Assembly (NCBI GenBank): GCA_965242865.1 | Contig: CBDETK010000013.1 | Coordinates: forward strand, 2,272,001 to 2,336,000 | Reading direction: 5' to 3' | Length of the DNA stretch: 64,000 nucleotides | Source of the DNA: Candidatus Latescibacterota bacterium | GTDB taxonomy: Bacteria > Latescibacterota > UBA2968 > UBA8231 | Shown: positions 60,403-64,000 of the stretch, one piece after another | Numbering within the stretch: position 1 is the stretch's first letter | Layout: each line of letters starts with the position of its first letter | The notes under the pieces: model-generated | Seen by the model: only the letters and a program-made list of their open reading frames with translations | Told to the model about the DNA's origin: nothing | Databases searched by the model: none | Program-made: the position numbers and the translations under genes

Positions 60403-61221
60403 TCACAGCGCGGCGGTTAGGCCCTTTAGGTAGTGCAAACTCCCTGCGGCAATGGTGCGCGGATCCGGGCTGAAATCGAATACCTCCACGGAGACGTAGC
60501 GCGAATAATCCAACTGCTTTAGCGTCCGCATGACGCTGGCGAAGTCGGTGGAGCCAAAGCCGGGGCCGCGCTTGTTGGCGTCGTTGACGTGGACGTGGTA
60601 GAGGTGCTGACCGGAGTCGCGCAAGAGCTGGGCCACGGGCATGGTCTCGGTCGAGCCGGAGCACACGTCGACCATGGTCTGGAAGTGCGGGTGGTTGATC
60701 TCGGCGACCATTTTGCGCGCTTGCGCGCAGGTGGAGATGATGTTCGTCTGGTCCTTGCTCAGCGCTTCTATGCAGAGATAGACGCCGTGCTGCTGGGCCA
60801 ACGCCAGGCTGTCTTCAAACGCCCCGCGCATGCGGCTCCAGCACGCTTGGTAATCCCACCCCTCTTGCACGTTGCGCTGCATGGGGGAGCCAATGATCAT
60901 CACTTGGCCGCCGAGGTCGCCGCAGAATTGGACGAGCTCCTTGAAATACGCGCAGGTGCGCTGGTAGATGGCCGGGTCGGGGTGGGTGATGTACAGCCCG
61001 TCGGGGCTGGCCAAAAGCCAGTGCAGGCCGGCGATTTCCACGCCGGTGCGCTCGGCGGCCGCACGGATTTGGGTGCGCCGCGCCGCGGAGATGTCTTCGA
61101 CGCTGTCGGCGAGGGTAAAGGGGGCGATTTCTACGGCGTCGTATCCGAGGTCGGCCGCATAGTCAAAGACCGCTTCGATGGGCCAGTCGGTAAAGTACTC
61201 GTTACAGGTGGCGAATTTCAT
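60403..61221 (-). CDS. Sugar phosphate isomerase/epimerase (tagatose/psicose 3-epimerase-like TIM barrel)
   Basis: GYDAVEIAPF, GLHWLL, IEAL, HVHVND, GPGFG, SVEVF. Confidence 0.85.
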   Translation of the reverse strand: MKFATCNEYFTDWPIEAVFDYAADLGYDAVEIAPFTLADSVEDISAARRTQIRAAAERTGVEIAGLHWLLASPDGLYITHPDPAIYQRTCAYFKELVQFCGDLGGQVMIIGSPMQRNVQEGWDYQACWSRMRGAFEDSLALAQQHGVYLCIEALSKDQTNIISTCAQARKMVAEINHPHFQTMVDVCSGSTETMPVAQLLRDSGQHLYHVHVNDANKRGPGFGSTDFASVMRTLKQLDYSRYVSVEVFDFSPDPRTIAAGSLHYLKGLTAAL

Positions 61222-61336
61222 GGTTCATTCCTTAACTAAGGGTGGATTAGAGGTAGCTTGCGTCTTGCCGTTATAGCCGTCCTAAATGACTTGAAAGCAT
61301 GGAATGTTCAGCGGCCCTGTTTTTTGCATATAGGAA

Positions 61337-61362
61337 TCATTCCCGCGCACGCGGGAATCCAG
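61337..61362. repeat. REP-like palindrome, second copy
   Basis: tcattcccgcgcacgcgggaatccag. Confidence 0.7.
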
Positions 61363-61404
61363 TCTTGAACGATGTAGGATTACTATATCTCTGTGTCGGA
61401 TTTC

Positions 61405-61656
61405 TCAACGGCGTGCGTTGAGCGAGAGCATCTCCCACTCATCCCCGAAATCAGTATGAACGATGTCGCCGTGGATAGTCATCCGGCCACGCAGTTTGCC
61501 GAGTGCTCTGCTTGAGTGGCTTTCTTCGCGGCAGGGGTTGACCGTGGCTATGGGCCGTTTGTTCAGGGTCACGAGGAGTGGTTCCCCCGTCTGTTGCACC
61601 TTCTTCAATTCGTCGATGCACTTCGCCTTGAATTCGGAAATACTCATTTCCTTCAT
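61405..61656 (-). CDS. Orphan Phd/YefM family antitoxin
   Basis: SISEFKAKC..L..V..TGEPLLVT...PIATV, IHGDIV; no toxin ORF downstream. Confidence 0.8.
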   Translation of the reverse strand: MKEMSISEFKAKCIDELKKVQQTGEPLLVTLNKRPIATVNPCREESHSSRALGKLRGRMTIHGDIVHTDFGDEWEMLSLNARR

Positions 61657-61754
61657 CGCGATCCTCCGAGGTCTAGATGGTTAAGATAGGGGTTGGGCGA
61701 GATGTAGTGCAAAGGAGACAAACAGGTGTGGTGGCGGGTGCGCGGACGATAAGT

Positions 61755-62570
61755 TTACTCGCAGACCATGCCGTCGCCATCGCCGTCGCGCATGAACGGA
61801 TACGCCGGATGGTTGCGCGATACCGGCGCGATGGCGTGGCGGCGGGCCTCCGCGCACGTGATGCGGCCGTTGCCGTTGTCGTCCCACAGGCTAAGCGCGT
61901 CGATCTCCGAAGGCATAGGCGGCGGTTCCTCGGGTTCAACAGCCGCACCCTCCGGCCCGATCATGGCCGTAGAATGGCAGGCGGCCAACACGCGCTCTAA
62001 GGCGTCGGCTTCGCGGCGGTCGATGGTGAGGTGGTACTTGCGGCGCACCGCGACGACGCGGTCGGCAAACCAACATTGGTTCAGCCGCGGTAGCCATTCG
62101 GCCGCGTCTTGGGCGCATTTGCCACCCGTTTTACAGCCGTTTACCTCCGGGCTGGCCAAGGTCAGGTTGAGCAGATCGGCCGCAAAGGCGCGTCGCGTCG
62201 AATCCGGGGCCGCGCACAGGCCGCTGTCGTGGGCTTCGGACATGGCGACGATATGCTCAATGTGCGTCTGCTTCAGGTCCGTAAAAACCTGCCCGGTATA
62301 GGGGCTGTAGATACGGCCGAGCGTTTTGACGATGCGCGGCTCAAGCGATTGCGCGTAGGGATAGTCGCGCCGGCTGTAAGGGGCGCAACGTTGCTCGGGC
62401 GCGACCGTTAGCCCGCGCCATGTTTCGGCTTGGGCGCGCTTTAGCCGGTCATTTTCCTCTTTCAGTTGGACGTACTGCTGTACAAAGAAAAGGCCGCAGA
62501 CGACGGCAATAAACGCGCCAATCATCAACCAAACCCTAGCCTTCTTGTGACGCGAGTGATTAGTCGGCAT
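61755..62570 (-). CDS. Membrane-anchored HNH-like (DUF1524-type) nuclease with C-terminal Excalibur Ca-binding domain
   Basis: TM; IEHIVAMSEAHDSG, NLTLASPEVN, DAAEWLP; CAEAR..DGDGDGMVCE. Confidence 0.8.
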   Translation of the reverse strand: MPTNHSRHKKARVWLMIGAFIAVVCGLFFVQQYVQLKEENDRLKRAQAETWRGLTVAPEQRCAPYSRRDYPYAQSLEPRIVKTLGRIYSPYTGQVFTDLKQTHIEHIVAMSEAHDSGLCAAPDSTRRAFAADLLNLTLASPEVNGCKTGGKCAQDAAEWLPRLNQCWFADRVVAVRRKYHLTIDRREADALERVLAACHSTAMIGPEGAAVEPEEPPPMPSEIDALSLWDDNGNGRITCAEARRHAIAPVSRNHPAYPFMRDGDGDGMVCE

Positions 62571-62600
62571 TGCAAGGGCTTCTGTTTTAGGTATGGCCTA

Positions 62601-62685
62601 AGAGCCTGCACGAAAACTATCTGAGGTTGAGTCAAATGGATAAGGAAGTGTAGGGCGTCAAGACCTTCTTATCAACAGGAAATCA
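62601..62685 (-). mobile_element. MITE-like remnant related to the IS5 left end at 41021-41105
   Basis: Reverse complement ttcctgttgataagaaggtcttgacgccctacacttcc..catttgac matches 41042-41092; IR-like AGAGCCTGCACGAAAA at 62601. Confidence 0.7.
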
Positions 62686-63915
62686 ATCCGATTCGTCGAG
62701 CGCAGCCGCACCCTCTGGCCCGATCAGGGCCGTAGAATGGCAGGCGGCCAACACGCGCTCTAAGGCGTCGGCTTCTCGGCGGTCGATGGTGAGGTGGTAC
62801 TTGCGGCGCACCGCAACGACGCGGTCGGCAAACCAGCATTGGTTCAGCCGCGGTAGCCATTCGGCCGCGTCATAGGCGCATTTGCCGCCCGGTTTACATC
62901 CGCTTACTTCGGGGCTGGCCAAGGTCAGGTTCAGCAGATCGGCCGCAAAGGCGCGGCGGGTCTCAGCGGTGGCCGCGCATAGACCGCTGTCGTGGGCTTC
63001 GGATGTGGCGACGATGCGATTGATGTGAGTCTGCTTTAGGTCCGCGAAGACTTGCCCGGTATAGGGGCTATAGATGCTACCGAGCGTTTTGACGATGCGC
63101 GGCTCAAGCGATTGCGACGAGTAGGGATAGTCGCGTCGTCGGTTGTAGGGAGCACAGCGTTGCTCGGGCGCGACCGTTAGTCCACGCCATGTTCCGGCAG
63201 GTGGAGGAGACTGCTGCGGAGTGCCGGGATCGGGTTTCGCACGAGATTGTGTCGTCTCCGGCGGCGCATTGCTTGAAGGCGACGGTTTCGCAGGGACTTG
63301 GCGTTGCTCGGTTTCAGGCGGTGTGCTACTCGGCGGTGCCGGTTGCTCAGATTGTGTCGTCTCCGGCGGCGCATTGCTTGAAGGCGGCGGTTTCACAGGG
63401 GCTTGGCGTTGCTCGGTTTCAGGCGGTGTGTTGCTTGGCGGCGCCGGTTGCTCAGACTGTGTCGTCTCCGGTGGCGCATTGCTTGAAGGTGGCGGTTTCA
63501 CAGGGATTTGGCGTTGCTCGGTTTCAGGCAGCGCATTGCTTGAAGACGATGGTTGCTCAGACTGTGTCGTCTCCGGCGGCGCACTGCTTGAAGGCGATGG
63601 TTTCACAGGGATTTGGCGTTGCTCGGTTTCAGGCGGCGCATTGCCTGAAGGCGATGGTTGCTCAGATTGTGTCGTCTCCGGCGGCGCACTGCTTGAAGGC
63701 GGCGGTTTCACAGGGACTTGGCGTTGCTCGGTTTCAGGCGGTGTGCTGCTTGGCGGCGACGGTTGCTCAGATGGCTGCTTTGACGTTTGAAGAGAGAAGA
63801 AGGCCGCAGATGACGCGGCGACAATAAGGGCGACAATAAGTACGCCTACGCCGATCACAATCCGAGGCCACTTCTTCTTATCTGTATTGACAGGTGGCTT
63901 TCTGTCAGATGGCAT
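62683..63915 (-). CDS. Paralogous membrane-anchored HNH-like protein with Pro/Ser/Thr repeat stalk, no Excalibur domain
   Basis: TM, 5 x 35-aa repeats, nuclease-like domain closely matching 61755..62570 but with HINRIV in place of HIEHIV. Confidence 0.75.
   Translation of the reverse strand: MPSDRKPPVNTDKKKWPRIVIGVGVLIVALIVAASSAAFFSLQTSKQPSEQPSPPSSTPPETEQRQVPVKPPPSSSAPPETTQSEQPSPSGNAPPETEQRQIPVKPSPSSSAPPETTQSEQPSSSSNALPETEQRQIPVKPPPSSNAPPETTQSEQPAPPSNTPPETEQRQAPVKPPPSSNAPPETTQSEQPAPPSSTPPETEQRQVPAKPSPSSNAPPETTQSRAKPDPGTPQQSPPPAGTWRGLTVAPEQRCAPYNRRRDYPYSSQSLEPRIVKTLGSIYSPYTGQVFADLKQTHINRIVATSEAHDSGLCAATAETRRAFAADLLNLTLASPEVSGCKPGGKCAYDAAEWLPRLNQCWFADRVVAVRRKYHLTIDRREADALERVLAACHSTALIGPEGAAALDESD
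63245..63770 (-). repeat. Five coding tandem repeats of 105 bp (35 aa)
   Basis: ggttgctcag recurs at 63341, 63446, 63551, 63656, 63761. Confidence 0.9.
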
Positions 63916-64000
63916 TTCCGGATCGGAATGAATTTCTGTCGTCTGAGGTCTCTCGCCATTCTTTATAGTAATCTCGAGCCTTTCCGGGTCTATGGGCGGT

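Noticed and set aside
63245-63770. Regular 105-bp repeats as a CRISPR array
   Set aside because: The whole unit repeats with no unique spacers, it stays in frame inside a CDS, and there are no cas genes.

Overview
64 kb of GC-rich bacterial chromosome. The gene style (a FlgD/T9SS-like C-terminal sorting domain, many enolase/aminotransferase/peptidase paralogues, many RM and TA remnants) suggests an FCB-group organism such as Latescibacterota/Gemmatimonadota; this is inference only. Housekeeping and catabolic genes (epimerases, M81/M20/S9/M6 peptidases, aminotransferases, GH127, IHF/HU, speD, MacAB-like exporter, gatB) are interrupted by three partly AT-richer defence blocks. (1) About 4.7-12.0 kb: DUF5131 + TcmP, a helicase-less ISP-like RM fusion, and an ABC ATPase + internally deleted DUF4276. 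(2) 22.3-24.1 kb: a convergent putative type II REase / C5 MTase pair. (3) 44.8-56.4 kb: a type I RM locus with an HTH-fused HsdM. Between its hsdS and hsdR sits a tightly coupled four-gene cassette (wHTH-like protein, BrxD-like P-loop ATPase, PIN-like protein, SPPY MTase), which is the best candidate here for an undescribed defence system. A second highlight is a Rieske / b6-type cytochrome b / octaheme HAO-family operon with reductive (epsilonHao-like) signatures. Also seen: an MbnP/MbnH pair, an ART-like + HEAT protein, a perfect sigma-54 promoter whose downstream ORF is cut by an IS5 remnant, a related MITE-like piece truncating one of two tandem membrane-anchored HNH-like nucleases, REP-like palindromes and several pseudogenes. 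No rRNA, tRNA or CRISPR array was seen. All family calls come from motif recognition by eye, not database searches.
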